From the sequence record SRR22947725_6733: 64,000 nucleotides of DNA. The stretch is one strand, 5' to 3'. The notes below the pieces were generated by a model, which saw nothing but the letters and a program-made list of their open reading frames with translations, ran no database searches and was not told the DNA's origin. Positions 18,703 through 30,000 of this stretch are shown one piece after another. Every line of letters begins with the position of its first letter. Positions within the stretch are counted from its first letter, which is position 1. A program made the translations under genes and the position numbers.

Positions 18703-21207
18703 TCAATCATTTGAATTCCAGAATCGCTGTAGAGCTGCTCTCAAATCCTTGGAACTCTCAATCTCTTCCTTTGGCCAGGCGTCTGGCAGTAATGCGTAAT
18801 AAGATTCATCGCTGTATCGTTGATCGATCAGCACCGCGACCCCTCGGTCCTGTTCTGTGCGAATCAGCCTGCCTACGGCTTGCATCACACGATTGATACC
18901 GGGATGGCGGTATGCAAAGTCAAATCCACTATCTCCATGCGCATCAAAATGCTCGCGGATCAAATCTCTTTCCAGACAGACTTGCGGAAGTCCCACTCCG
19001 ACAACAACGACACCAATCAATGCCTTTCCAGCCAGGTCTATCCCTTCGCCAAATATTCCCCCCATGACGGCTAGACCAATTTTGGTGTAATCATTCTGTT
19101 GTTTGAATACTTTCAAGAATTCGGACCGTGCTGACTCATCCATTTCTTGGGATTGTGCCATCAAGACCGTTTTAGATCCGGTTAACTCAGGAAGATCTGA
19201 CAGTCGTTGCATGACCTGTCTCAGGTATTCAAAGGAAGGGAAGAAGGCTAGATAATTTCCTTGCTCGGATTGACTGGTGATTTGGATCACCTGAGCTACG
19301 TCTGAATAGGAGAAGGCACGTTGACGATATGTGGTAGCGATACCCGTATGAATGATGGTTTGCCATTGGGATCTTTGGAAAGGTGATGGCAGTGAAAGGT
19401 TCGAATGATGTTCACTTGTGCCTAATAATTGCTGATAAAAGTGCGAAGGCGAGAGGGTGGCCGAAAAAAATAATGTGGACCAAGTCTTTTTCCACGATGC
19501 TGATATTTCTCTGGAAGGATCCATACAGAATCGATGCAAGGTGATGTGTCGATGGTGTCGCTTTAGAATAAGTTGGTGATGGTCGCCTTGCTCACGGGTT
19601 GCTTTCAAGAACTTGTAGATTTCAAAGTAAAGTTCCAACAACTCTGTATGCACCGCGTCCAAATGGGGCGCCTTGAGTTGTTCTTCGGCGACTTGCAAAA
19701 ATCGCTCCATCAGCAAACCCCAGGATTTCGGGGTTTCCTCCAACACAACTTCGTTCGGAGATACCCTTTTGATGATTTTCAGGGGTTCACTTGTTTTTTG
19801 TATGGAGGATGTTTGTTTTTCTGCTGGGAATAATTCTGCTTGATGAAGGGTGGGTTGGATGCTGATAACTGTGCTGGATCCCATGTTCAATGTGGCCATC
19901 ATGGTCTTCCATAATTGCCTCAATAAAGTGGCACCTTCAGGCTTGTTCTTCTGGAGCCATTTCACCGATGGTGTCCAGTTTTCGGTTCGAAGACATTGTG
20001 AGTGCATTTCCCTTCCTCGATTGACGAGGTTGTGGGATTCGTCCACCAGCAATGCGATCCTATTGCGCCTCGGAGATTCCTCGCCAAACAGATAACTCAA
20101 CTGTGCTCCCGGATCGAAGGCGTAATTGTAATCCCCCATGACAATATCCACCCAAGGTGCCAAGTGAGTCGAAAGGGCGTGTGGACATATGTTGAATCGT
20201 TCGCCCAACTCATTCAATACCGTTGTGTTCAACAGGTCAGGAGATGCATGGATAGCGGCGCCTCTGGCTTCCTCAAGTCGGTCAAAATAGCTCTCTCGTC
20301 TGGCACAGGTTGCCGGATCGCAGGGTTTGTTTCCACGTCTGCACACTTTTTCACGAGAGAGCATTGAGAGAGTCTTAACTTTGGCTCCCTTCTGCTCAAG
20401 TAGCTTCAAAGCTTCCTGAAAGACGGTTTGGCCAGGTGTGCGTGCAAGTACAACCATCAATTGTCTGACATGCTCACCCGCAAGTGCCTTGATTGATGGA
20501 AACAGGGAAGCCATCGTTTTCCCAATGCCGGTTGGAGCTTCCACCATCATGGACCCACCTTTCAGATGCAGATTACTGACGGCCTCCAGCATGGATGCCT
20601 GACCCGCCCGTAGTTTTGAAAAAGGGAATGTTAAATTTTCTATAGTCGCATTGCGTTGAATCGTTCTGGCAACATGTTGATCCAGCCATTTCAAGTATTT
20701 CTCAAGGACGTCCTGCAAGAAAGATTCAACGAATGAAGGAGTTCTTTTTTCGTCGAAGCAATACTCGGTATCGCTTTCAAGATGAAAATAGGTAAGTCGA
20801 AGATGCAGGGGCTTCGATGGATTCAGGCGGTTCCAGATTCCTCCGTAAATGCGTAACTGGGCCCAGTGAAGATCGGATGGTTTTTGCGACCATTCGCCGG
20901 TGACTGTCTTGATTTCTTCGAGAAATATTTCTTCTGCCCCCTCTCTGACTCCGTCGATGCGTCCCCTTAGGGTCAGGGTGAATGTAGGCCGAACGGTTAC
21001 CCATTTCAGTGCGACTTCTGCCCGATAATGATCATCCCGGGAAGATTGTAGTTTTTGATGCCCTCTTGTTCCCTCAAGCGCGCGACTGGGTGAAGTGAAA
21101 GAAGGACCGCTCCGGAGATCACCTCGGCGTAACACGAACTCTACCAAATCCCGAACTGAAACATCCAGGGAAAATGCCGTATCGTCTCTCGAGTTACTGA
21201 CACCCAT
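18703..21207 (-). CDS. DinG/XPD-family Fe-S helicase with N-terminal PD-(D/E)XK nuclease-like domain
   Basis: GRIDG..EEIKT..QLRIY; APTGIGKT; four Cys (KVC..PC..TC..ICP); DESHN; SATL; FFPSF; EGID; QAVGRLIR. Confidence 0.9.
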   Translation of the reverse strand: MGVSNSRDDTAFSLDVSVRDLVEFVLRRGDLRSGPSFTSPSRALEGTRGHQKLQSSRDDHYRAEVALKWVTVRPTFTLTLRGRIDGVREGAEEIFLEEIKTVTGEWSQKPSDLHWAQLRIYGGIWNRLNPSKPLHLRLTYFHLESDTEYCFDEKRTPSFVESFLQDVLEKYLKWLDQHVARTIQRNATIENLTFPFSKLRAGQASMLEAVSNLHLKGGSMMVEAPTGIGKTMASLFPSIKALAGEHVRQLMVVLARTPGQTVFQEALKLLEQKGAKVKTLSMLSREKVCRRGNKPCDPATCARRESYFDRLEEARGAAIHASPDLLNTTVLNELGERFNICPHALSTHLAPWVDIVMGDYNYAFDPGAQLSYLFGEESPRRNRIALLVDESHNLVNRGREMHSQCLRTENWTPSVKWLQKNKPEGATLLRQLWKTMMATLNMGSSTVISIQPTLHQAELFPAEKQTSSIQKTSEPLKIIKRVSPNEVVLEETPKSWGLLMERFLQVAEEQLKAPHLDAVHTELLELYFEIYKFLKATREQGDHHQLILKRHHRHITLHRFCMDPSREISASWKKTWSTLFFSATLSPSHFYQQLLGTSEHHSNLSLPSPFQRSQWQTIIHTGIATTYRQRAFSYSDVAQVIQITSQSEQGNYLAFFPSFEYLRQVMQRLSDLPELTGSKTVLMAQSQEMDESARSEFLKVFKQQNDYTKIGLAVMGGIFGEGIDLAGKALIGVVVVGVGLPQVCLERDLIREHFDAHGDSGFDFAYRHPGINRVMQAVGRLIRTEQDRGVAVLIDQRYSDESYYALLPDAWPKEEIESSKDLRAALQRFWNSND

Positions 21208-21237
21208 TCAGAAATAGGAAGCTGATGTTGGCTGTGG

Positions 21238-22347
21238 TCAGGTATTTTGGCTACTCCAGACCGGGGAACCCAGTGCATCCATCCGTGGCTCAATGCCCAG
21301 CCCAGACTCCGTTGAAGCTCTGAGTCTTCCATGATCTCTTTCCGGAGCCCCTGTTGCAATGGATTTAGTCACATAACTGTTGAAGTCAGTGCTCGTAAAT
21401 AACAGTTCCGTCGGTGTGCTGTGAGCAAAATGTGCAATGGCAGCGGTGATGATATCGCCACCCCATGAATCTTCAACGGTCATCGCAATCCCAAGCTGTG
21501 CACAAAGGTCGCGGGCAAGTCGTGCGCGGGTAAGTCCGCCAAATTTGCTGATCTTGATATTCACGACATCCATTGCTAAATCTGCTTTTCCACGGATGAG
21601 CATTTCCACACCGTCCACAACTTCATCCAGCACGAAAGGATGATCGGTATGCCTGCGGATGGAGAGGCATTCCTCGTAGGTTCGGCAAGGTTGTTCAATA
21701 TAAACATCCAGATCGCGCACACCTCTTACAACCCGCATGGCCCCTTCCATCAACCAGCCTGTATTGGCATCTGCTACCAATCGATCTCCGGGCTGCAGGA
21801 CTTCGGCAACGCGATGAATGCGTTCAATATCAACATCGGGATCACCGCCCACTTTCAGTTGAAATCGTCGATAGCCTTCTTCGCGATAGCCATGGACACT
21901 TTTGGCCATATCCTCTGGAGAGGCTTGAGATATGGCGCGATAAAGGTGGAAATCTTCTCCATAGCGTCCTCCCATCAACTCGCAGACAGGAAGTCCGGAG
22001 TGTTTGCCGAGGAGATCCCAGCACGCCATGTCAATAGCCGATTTGACGGATGGATGTCCCTTGAGAACCGCGTCCATATGACGATTCAAGCGCTCCAGTT
22101 GCAAAGGGTTTTCTCCGATCAAAAACGGTGCCAGAAACTCAATGCCTGCTCGACACCCTCCCGCAAAAGCAGGCAGATATGCTGGGCCTAATGGGCAGAC
22201 CTCACCCCAACCAACTAACCCTGAATCTGTGGTCACCGATACGACCGTGGAATCAAAAACATCGACGGATTTTCCTCCGGACCAACTGTAGCGACCTTCC
22301 TTGAGCGGGAGGTCAACTTGATACATATCTATGCGCTGAATTTTCAT
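21238..22347 (-). CDS. enolase-superfamily enzyme (cis-3-hydroxy-L-proline dehydratase / HpbD-like)
   Basis: Y.WSGG, GEVCPLG..YLPA, FQLKVG, DAN.GW, EQPC, DE, KISKFGG, EDSWGG. Confidence 0.8.
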   Translation of the reverse strand: MKIQRIDMYQVDLPLKEGRYSWSGGKSVDVFDSTVVSVTTDSGLVGWGEVCPLGPAYLPAFAGGCRAGIEFLAPFLIGENPLQLERLNRHMDAVLKGHPSVKSAIDMACWDLLGKHSGLPVCELMGGRYGEDFHLYRAISQASPEDMAKSVHGYREEGYRRFQLKVGGDPDVDIERIHRVAEVLQPGDRLVADANTGWLMEGAMRVVRGVRDLDVYIEQPCRTYEECLSIRRHTDHPFVLDEVVDGVEMLIRGKADLAMDVVNIKISKFGGLTRARLARDLCAQLGIAMTVEDSWGGDIITAAIAHFAHSTPTELLFTSTDFNSYVTKSIATGAPERDHGRLRASTESGLGIEPRMDALGSPVWSSQNT

Positions 22348-22369
22348 TTTGATTGGAGAAACTTAAAGA

Positions 22370-25180
22370 TTAGTCAATGAAGATCAATTCATTCGACATT
22401 AAAAGTGTTTGCACATATTGCTCCCATATGGTCTCAGGCTTGCCAGATGCCTCATTGGAACCAAAGAAATTCATCCCCATTTCCAGTTCGCCTCGGGTTG
22501 GGTTGCGTTGAAAGAAGGCATGATAAACCTTGTGGATCGCCTTTTCTTGAACCGCCGGTCCAGTAGGTTCTAGTGTGAGGTTAAGCGGCATATCGGCCAC
22601 TAGCTGTTTCATGAAAGGGCTGTTCATCAGGTAGAGTGCCTGCTGCGGCACACTGGTCCGAAAGCGCCCGGGGCTGCTGGAGTCAGGCGATGCAAAATCA
22701 AAGGTTCGAAAAAAGTTTGGCAGGTTCTGACGTTCGATGTAGCCGTAAACTGACCTACGAGGCTTCCACTCAGTTTTTGTTATTTCTACGGGTTTTCCCC
22801 CCATGCGTGTGTTCAGTCGTCCTGTGACTTTCAGCAAGGTATCCCGCATTGCTTCAAGGTTTAAACGTTGGCGATTAAACTTCCATAGAAGTCTGTTCTC
22901 AGGATCAGCGGTATTGTAGGAAAGACGAGCCTGACTTTGCTGCCTGAAGACAGCGGACAGGACGATCTCCCGCTGCAGTTGTTTGATGGACCATTTGTTT
23001 CTAACAAAATAGTCAGCTAAATAATCCAAAAGCTTTCGTTGCTCAGGTTCCTCACACCTCAACCCAAAATCACTGGCCGAATCCACCAGCCCCACTCCGA
23101 AATGCCAGGCCCAGACACGATTGACAAGGACGCGGGCAGTCAGTGGGTTGGTTGGATGAGCAATTTTTTGAGCAAGCTCCAGTCGACCGCTTCCGCTTGC
23201 GAATGGCTCGCGATCGGAGCCCTCCAGGAAACCTAGGAATTGTCGGGGGACTCTTTCACCTCTGTTTTGAGGGCTCCCTCTTTTAAAGACCACAGGCGTG
23301 ACGGGGTTTTCCTTATCCAACAGAGCCATGGCTCTTGCTGGTGCACCAGGATGTTCGGCATCCAACCCTTCGAGTCGGCGCTTCAGTCTTCGCACCTTTT
23401 CAGCGACTTTGACTTCAAACAGTCGGGTCAGCTCTCCCAGTGGCAAATTGGAGGGGCCGTCGGGAGCAAACAATACCATGCGAAGGGAATCTTCAGCCGG
23501 ATCCTGAAAGCCTGTAGCCTCTGGCTGTTCCTTGAGAAGATCTTCCCATTGCCGGTCAATTGAGATGAATACTTGGCCATAGACTTTGGCCAGCGCCTCC
23601 AGTGTCAGTGGTTTATCCTTCTTGATCTGTTCAGCCACCATGGGGTTTATATTGCTGGGGTCTTCGAGAATGGCTTTCCAGTCCATGGTCTGATTTCCAT
23701 CAATCAGCTTTAGCTGGCTGCTAGCCCGGATCCATGGCGTAAAAACGGGATCTTGCGTTTTTTTCCATCGCTCGATTGCTTTGCTCCAGCGAAAAACGGT
23801 TCCGGGGTCCAGCTTTCTTTTTCTGGCCAATGCTTCTTTCTGCGTTCGATCCTCAAAAGCCGCAATGGCATGAGCTGTCATCAGGTAATCTGATGCACGA
23901 TCTCGCAACGATTTAAGGGCGTCTTGCTGAGCCTCATGCAGATAAGTTGCGTGAGCTTCAGATCGTTTCTGTTTTTCATATTGATATTCAGCAAACGCAG
24001 GGTGTGGTTCTCCTCCAAGTAATGGTTTTTCGCTTGGCTCACGGGTGCTCGCAAAGACGCCATACAAGGAGTAATAATCTTCAGTTGGAATAGGGTCGTA
24101 TTTGTGGGCATGACAACGTGCACAGGTGACGGTCAATCCCATGAATCCTCGAGAGACCACGTCGATTCGGTCGTCGATGATATCGTGTTGATTATTCAGA
24201 AAGCGTCTTCCCAATGTCAGATAGCCCAGAGCGGCCAAGGGTCGTTTGTCTTGGCCTAAATCCATCAGGTCAGCTGCCAGTTGTTCTTTGATGAAGTGGT
24301 CATAGGGTAGATCTTCATTAAAGCTCCTAACCAGATAATCACGATAGGTGTAGGCGAAGGGGTAGCTCCTGTCCGATTGGAAAACATATCCTTTTGTATC
24401 GGAATAACGTGATACATCCATCCAGTGCCTTGCCCAGCGTTCGCCGTAATGAGGTGAGCTGAGTAACTGTTCCACGACTTTCTCGTGGGCCTCGGACGAT
24501 TGATCCCGTTCGAATGTCTGGATTTCTTCCATGGATGGAGGAAGGCCGGTCAAATTGTAATAGACACGACGTATCCATGTGCGTTTGTCCGCTTTTATGC
24601 TGGGAGTCATGTCATTGCCTTCCAGATTGGATAGAACAAATCTATCCAGATGGCGCAATGGCCACTGCTTATTTTTAACAGGAGGCAGGGCAGGGGATCT
24701 CACTGGTTCAAAGGCCCAGTGCGTTTCTGCTTTTTGTTCAATCAGTGAATGACCTTCGGCGCTGTTTCTGGGGTCTGGAGCACCTATCCTGACCCATTCC
24801 TCAAAATGGGCAATCGTTTGTGCGTTCAATTGAGCAGCCTTGGGAGGCATCTTCAGTTCCGGATCGACGTGGCTGATGGCTTGAATGAGTAAGCTGTTTT
24901 CCGGTGATCCTTTGATCAATATCGCGCCCGATTGCCCTCCCTCCTCGATGGCAGGGCGTGAATCCAATTTAAGTCCGCCCTTGCTTTCACCTGATTGATC
25001 CGAATGGCATTCATAGCACGACTTGACAAGCACAGGCCTGATATGGTTTTCGAAGAAAGCGATCCCTGATTCGTCATCCAATGCAGCTTTTGAATCACCA
25101 CTGAATCCTGCAATTCCAATCAAGCAGAAGAACCATTGCCAGTTCCTCTCACAGAAATATGATTTCAGTGCATCACGCAT
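22370..25180 (-). CDS. PSD1/planctomycete cytochrome c protein (DUF1549/DUF1553)
   Basis: FFEN.IRP, CYECH, HWAF, YGERWARHWMD, CARCHAHKYDPI, SGRLELA, PQQALYLMN. Confidence 0.93.
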   Translation of the reverse strand: MRDALKSYFCERNWQWFFCLIGIAGFSGDSKAALDDESGIAFFENHIRPVLVKSCYECHSDQSGESKGGLKLDSRPAIEEGGQSGAILIKGSPENSLLIQAISHVDPELKMPPKAAQLNAQTIAHFEEWVRIGAPDPRNSAEGHSLIEQKAETHWAFEPVRSPALPPVKNKQWPLRHLDRFVLSNLEGNDMTPSIKADKRTWIRRVYYNLTGLPPSMEEIQTFERDQSSEAHEKVVEQLLSSPHYGERWARHWMDVSRYSDTKGYVFQSDRSYPFAYTYRDYLVRSFNEDLPYDHFIKEQLAADLMDLGQDKRPLAALGYLTLGRRFLNNQHDIIDDRIDVVSRGFMGLTVTCARCHAHKYDPIPTEDYYSLYGVFASTREPSEKPLLGGEPHPAFAEYQYEKQKRSEAHATYLHEAQQDALKSLRDRASDYLMTAHAIAAFEDRTQKEALARKRKLDPGTVFRWSKAIERWKKTQDPVFTPWIRASSQLKLIDGNQTMDWKAILEDPSNINPMVAEQIKKDKPLTLEALAKVYGQVFISIDRQWEDLLKEQPEATGFQDPAEDSLRMVLFAPDGPSNLPLGELTRLFEVKVAEKVRRLKRRLEGLDAEHPGAPARAMALLDKENPVTPVVFKRGSPQNRGERVPRQFLGFLEGSDREPFASGSGRLELAQKIAHPTNPLTARVLVNRVWAWHFGVGLVDSASDFGLRCEEPEQRKLLDYLADYFVRNKWSIKQLQREIVLSAVFRQQSQARLSYNTADPENRLLWKFNRQRLNLEAMRDTLLKVTGRLNTRMGGKPVEITKTEWKPRRSVYGYIERQNLPNFFRTFDFASPDSSSPGRFRTSVPQQALYLMNSPFMKQLVADMPLNLTLEPTGPAVQEKAIHKVYHAFFQRNPTRGELEMGMNFFGSNEASGKPETIWEQYVQTLLMSNELIFID

Positions 25181-25379
25181 GTGGTTACCTTATACCAAAT
25201 GACACTGGAAACAATCCCTCTTCGCGAACCAAGATACGGAGAAACAGCCCCATGAGGCTATCACAGTTGATTGGATGCGACCGGCATACAACCGGAAATG
25301 TTCGCTCCATGTTTAATTTGCCTCCGGTAAGGGTTTTTCAAGTCATCGAATGATTTGCTGCTATCTCAGGCTTTCCTCA

Positions 25380-25931
25380 TCAATGGGTGTTATTCATGCC
25401 CGGCAAGCCATCCAGGCTGGTAAGGTTTTGACAGCGCTGGTAATCCTTGATGCCATTGGTACCCTTCTTGGCGGCCCATTTGACAAGTCCATCGCGATCT
25501 CGTTTGAACTCGTAAAGAGGTACTGAGTATCCGCAGGAATCGCCAATTCGAGTTAAATTTACAACGACAATGGATCGAGCGCCTGTCAGTTCATTGAACT
25601 GAACTGACAATCGTTTGAATTCCAGTGATCCGGTTTCGTGGGCCCTTGCGTGACCATGAAAACGGAATATTTTTGGAGGGCCCTTGAACGCGCACATCAT
25701 GATGACAATCCTATTATTCTCTTTGATGTGAGCTAAAGTTTCGACACCACTTCCCGTATAATCCAGATAAGCTACCTGTTTGGGTCCCAGCACTCGAAAA
25801 CTGTCCATGCCTTTGGGTGAACAGTTGACTAAACCCTCGCCGGATAAAGGAGCGGTGGCGACAAAAAATATATTCTGCTCCAAAATCCACTCTTTGATTC
25901 GATCATCAATGCATTCAAATTCCTTTGCCAT
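25380..25931 (-). CDS. pyridoxamine 5'-phosphate oxidase-like FMN-binding protein
   Basis: FFVATAPL, NCSPKG, YLDYTGSG.ET, SCGYSVP, SLDGLP. Confidence 0.88.
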   Translation of the reverse strand: MAKEFECIDDRIKEWILEQNIFFVATAPLSGEGLVNCSPKGMDSFRVLGPKQVAYLDYTGSGVETLAHIKENNRIVIMMCAFKGPPKIFRFHGHARAHETGSLEFKRLSVQFNELTGARSIVVVNLTRIGDSCGYSVPLYEFKRDRDGLVKWAAKKGTNGIKDYQRCQNLTSLDGLPGMNNTH

Positions 25932-26052
25932 GACTTACCCATTTTGAAGGGGCATGGACCGTTCTTTCAATGACGGACTTCACACTTTATAAACAGAGAT
26001 CTCTGGGGTTTATTTGGTATTGATTGCTTGATCATCATTGTGAATCAGGAAG

Positions 26053-27012
26053 GATGATTCTACCCCACGTTAAGAGATCGCACATCCAAGCTCATCCCTT
26101 GTCGGGTAAACAACTGTCTTTGTTGCCGTTCCTCCTGGTCACATTGATTTGCCAATACACATGTATAAGCGAAAACAATCCGCAGGATGCGGGAGATCAG
26201 GTGGCACGGCATATCAAATCGTTTCTGGACAAGGCGCATTCTGAATTCCTGAAAGGTCAACATATCCCTGCCGTCAAGAGCTACCATTCGGCGCGAGAGA
26301 TTTTTCTTCAAATGTCCGAAGGAGGGTGAAGTCTGGATGCCAGCATGTTGGGCGGTTTGTTTCGTGGCAGAGCTTTGTAGGGGGAATTCATGATCCATCC
26401 CGAGGACGAGTTGATCATATACCGCAGCGTGAATGAGAACAAAGCACGTAGGAAGTTTGCCCCAGCCACCAATGTTCAGGCAATGATGAGCTATGAGATG
26501 GTGATGAAAGAGGACCTATGGGATCCATTGCATGCATTTGTGAATCGATTGAAAAAAGCCGAACACAAGGATACCGGTCAATCACTCCATGACCGTACGA
26601 ACATCGTGATAATTCTGAATTTGGACGCTCCTTACACGGGAATGTAAAGAGGGCTCATTGACATGGATATGGCGACAAAGAAAAGGATCATAAAATTGGA
26701 GGATAAGATATTTCTGCCCATTGGAAAGTGACCTCATGTGCCTTCCTGAGCGGGCAAATCCAAGGGGATTGCCAGTATGGATCCCTTGGAGAAAAGACCT
26801 TGATGGCCATTCCAATTCCTCCAGACGGTGAAATGGAACCTAATTTCGATCCTGTTGCGGGAAAGCTCAAAGAAAGCCGTCAAAAACATTCCAAGTCCTT
26901 TATTCTAAACCATGGAGGTGTGTATGCCACGGCACTCGAATTGACAGGCATTCAATCCTCGGGCAAAGAAGGTAACGAACGCTCTCCCATGAAATTCGTT
27001 CTAAAATCATGA
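26053..27012 (+). pseudogene. fragmented DUF1501-like gene
   Basis: Three short ORFs in different frames; LHDRTNIV shifts into SEFGRS (26614-26631), then SAHW..AFLSGQIQG and VYATALEL.GI. Confidence 0.6.
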
Positions 27013-27094
27013 TGAGGATAAGCGGGCAGTTTTGATCTAAACGCATCCTTTACTCGCGCCATCATGATTAGCCTTTGATTCCTTATTTTTCAGG

Positions 27095-30000
27095 ATGTAT
27101 AGTCACCACCGTATGGCGCATGTTTGTCTATCAATCAAGAGGTTTGGGATCAGTATAGCTGCTGGTCTGTGTATCGGCGTATTCGGTGCGGAGCTTGGTA
27201 ATCCGGTTTCTGACCCTGTCCGCGTGAAATCGGCTTCCGACGAAGCCCGTTTGGCCATGAAAGGCTTTTCTCTGCCTGATGGTTATCAGGTCGAGCTTAC
27301 TGCAGCCGAGCCTCACCTTGCCAATCCGGTTGCCTTTCACATTGATGAGCGCGGTCGTTTTTTTGTGGTGGAAACCTTCCGCCATGGTCAGGGAGTGCTG
27401 GATATTCGAGGCCGAAGGGGATGGCCCAACCAGGATTTCATCGACAGCCTCACCGAAGAAAGATTGGAAACGTTGTCCGATGAACTCCTTGATGCTGATC
27501 TTTCTTCACGAACGGTGGATGACCGCATCGCAATGTTGCGATATTACATGGGTGACAAAGCGGAGCGTGAGCTAGCATCAGAGACAGATCAGGTGCGGCT
27601 GGTCGAAGATCGCGATGGAGATGGAGTGGCGGATCATTCCTCAATCTTTGCTGATGGCTTCAACCAGATTGCTGATGGGCTTGCATCTGGTGTGCTCGCG
27701 CGCAACGGTAAGGTTTATTTTACGAATATTCCCGATCTTTGGTTGCTGGAAGATGAAGATGGCGATGGCATTGCCGAGAAGCGCGAATCCTTGCATTACG
27801 GTTTTGGAGTGCGTGTAGGTTTTCTTGGACATGATTTGCATGGTTTGAAAATAGGCCCCGACGGAAAACTTTATTTCTCCATTGGAGATCGTGGTTCGCA
27901 CGTCAAGACCAAGGACGGCCGTGTGGTAGGTATGGCGGATACTGGAACTGTTTTCCGCTGTAACTTGGACGGTAGCGATCTGGAAGTATTTGCATATGGG
28001 TTGCGCAATCCCCAGGAGCTTGCCTTTGACGCCTACGGCAATTTATTCACAGGGGACAACAATTCTGATGGAGGGGATCAAGCGCGTTGGGTCTATGTCG
28101 TGGAAGGTGGAGACAGTGGATGGCGGATTGGGTATCAATTCTTGAATAAGCCCGTTCCGCGTGGTCCCTGGAATGCCGAAAAGCTCTGGCATCCACAATG
28201 GCAAGGGCAGGCCGCTTATCTGGTGCCGCCGATTGCTAATATTGGAAATGGTCCTTCTGGTTTGACCTATCATCCGGGAACCGGCTTCTCGGATGCTCTT
28301 AAAGACCATTTCTTTTTGGTGGACTTCAAAGGCTCCCCGGCGAACAGCGGTATTCATACCATTAAAATGAGCCCGAAGGGAGCGACCTTTGAAATTGCAA
28401 AGCTTGATTCCATAATCTGGAATGTCCTTGCTACGGATGCAGATTTCGGTGTTGATGGTGGCCTTTATCTGACTGACTGGGTTGAAGGCTGGGCGGTCAC
28501 TGGCAAAGGCCGTATTTACCGTATTCTCGAAGAAGAAGTTACGGACACTGATCTGGTTACAGAAACCAAAGCACTCCTGGCAGATGGGATGACTAACCGT
28601 AGCTCAAGAGCGTTGGCCAAGCTTCTTGAGCACCCAGACATGCGTGTTCGCCAGGAAGCACAATTTGAATTAGCAAACCGCGGAGCTAGCTCAATCGAGC
28701 ATTTTGAGGGCGTTCTGAAGTATGGGGATTCATTATTTGCAAAACTGCACGCCATATGGGGATTGGGGCAGATCATTCCCACGTATTCTAACGCCGTTGG
28801 GCCTGTGCTTGACGCCCTTTTTGCGACTGAGGACGAAGTTCGCGGTCAAGCCGCCAAAGTGGCGGGTAATCACCGCATCAAATCTGCTTTTGGAAGGCTG
28901 GCTGCGCTTTGTGCCGACGATACCAGTGCACGCGTTCGCTTCTTTGCTGCCAAATCTTTAGGGAAATATGGCAGGCGTGAGTCGATTCCACCCTTGGTTG
29001 CCATGCTTGAGGCCAACAATGATGAAGATCCGTATCTCAGGCATGCTGGCGTGATGGGGCTTGCAGGGGTGCAGGACTTTCGATGGTTGAACGATATTGT
29101 TTCGCATCCCTCATCAGCGGTTCGCATGGGAGCTTTACTGGCTATGCGCCGGCTCGAGCGCCCGGAAATTGCTCAGTTTCTTCATGATGAGGATTCCTTG
29201 CTTGTGACTGAAGCCGCACGTGCGATCAACGATGTTCCGATAGAGGCTGCCACACGAGATCTGGCAAACCTGACAGATGACGACAATCTCAGTGAGCCTG
29301 CATGGCGTCGTGTGGTAAATGCTAATTTCCGACTTGGTCGAGAGGAATACGCACAGCAGTTGGGAGCCATTGCAGTGAACGAAACCATTGAGGCGAATAT
29401 CCGAGTCGAAGCGTTGCAGGCCCTGGCTGATTGGGGGAGCCCTTCAGGACGTGATCGAGTGACCGGCATTTGGAGCCCGCTTGCGGGATATCGTTCGATC
29501 GAAGATGCTCGCCGAGCCGTTCAATCGGCGATGCCTCAACTGGCAGATCACCGTTTTCAGGACTTGACCAGTGCTCTTATAGAAGCCGTGCAGGCCGTCA
29601 AGCTTGAAACAGCATCTGCCTGGTTGTTGGGCACCTTGCGCAATGACGAATTGAGTGATTCGACGCGATCGGATGCATTGGAAGCACTGGCTCAACTGGC
29701 AGAATCGGCACTGGTGAATGAAGCGGTTCAGTTCGCGCTGGAAAAAGGCTCCAAAAAACTGCAGCGGGAAGCGCTTCGCTGGCAGGCTCAGTCGGCTGAC
29801 AGCCTTCAGGCGATCAAATTCGCCCTGGAAGGTGAAGATATTCAAGGACAGCAAGCGGCCATTGCTTCCCTGGCTCGTGACACGACACAGCAAGCCATGG
29901 ATTTGACGGGCAAACTCATGACTCAACTTGTATCAGGAGAGTTGAGTGATGCGTTGAGTCTGGATGTGATTGAACTAGTAGAAGAAAGAGGAACCCCGGC

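Noticed and set aside
18703..21207. Cas4-like/DinG helicase as part of type IV CRISPR
   Set aside because: No array or cas genes seen in the window.
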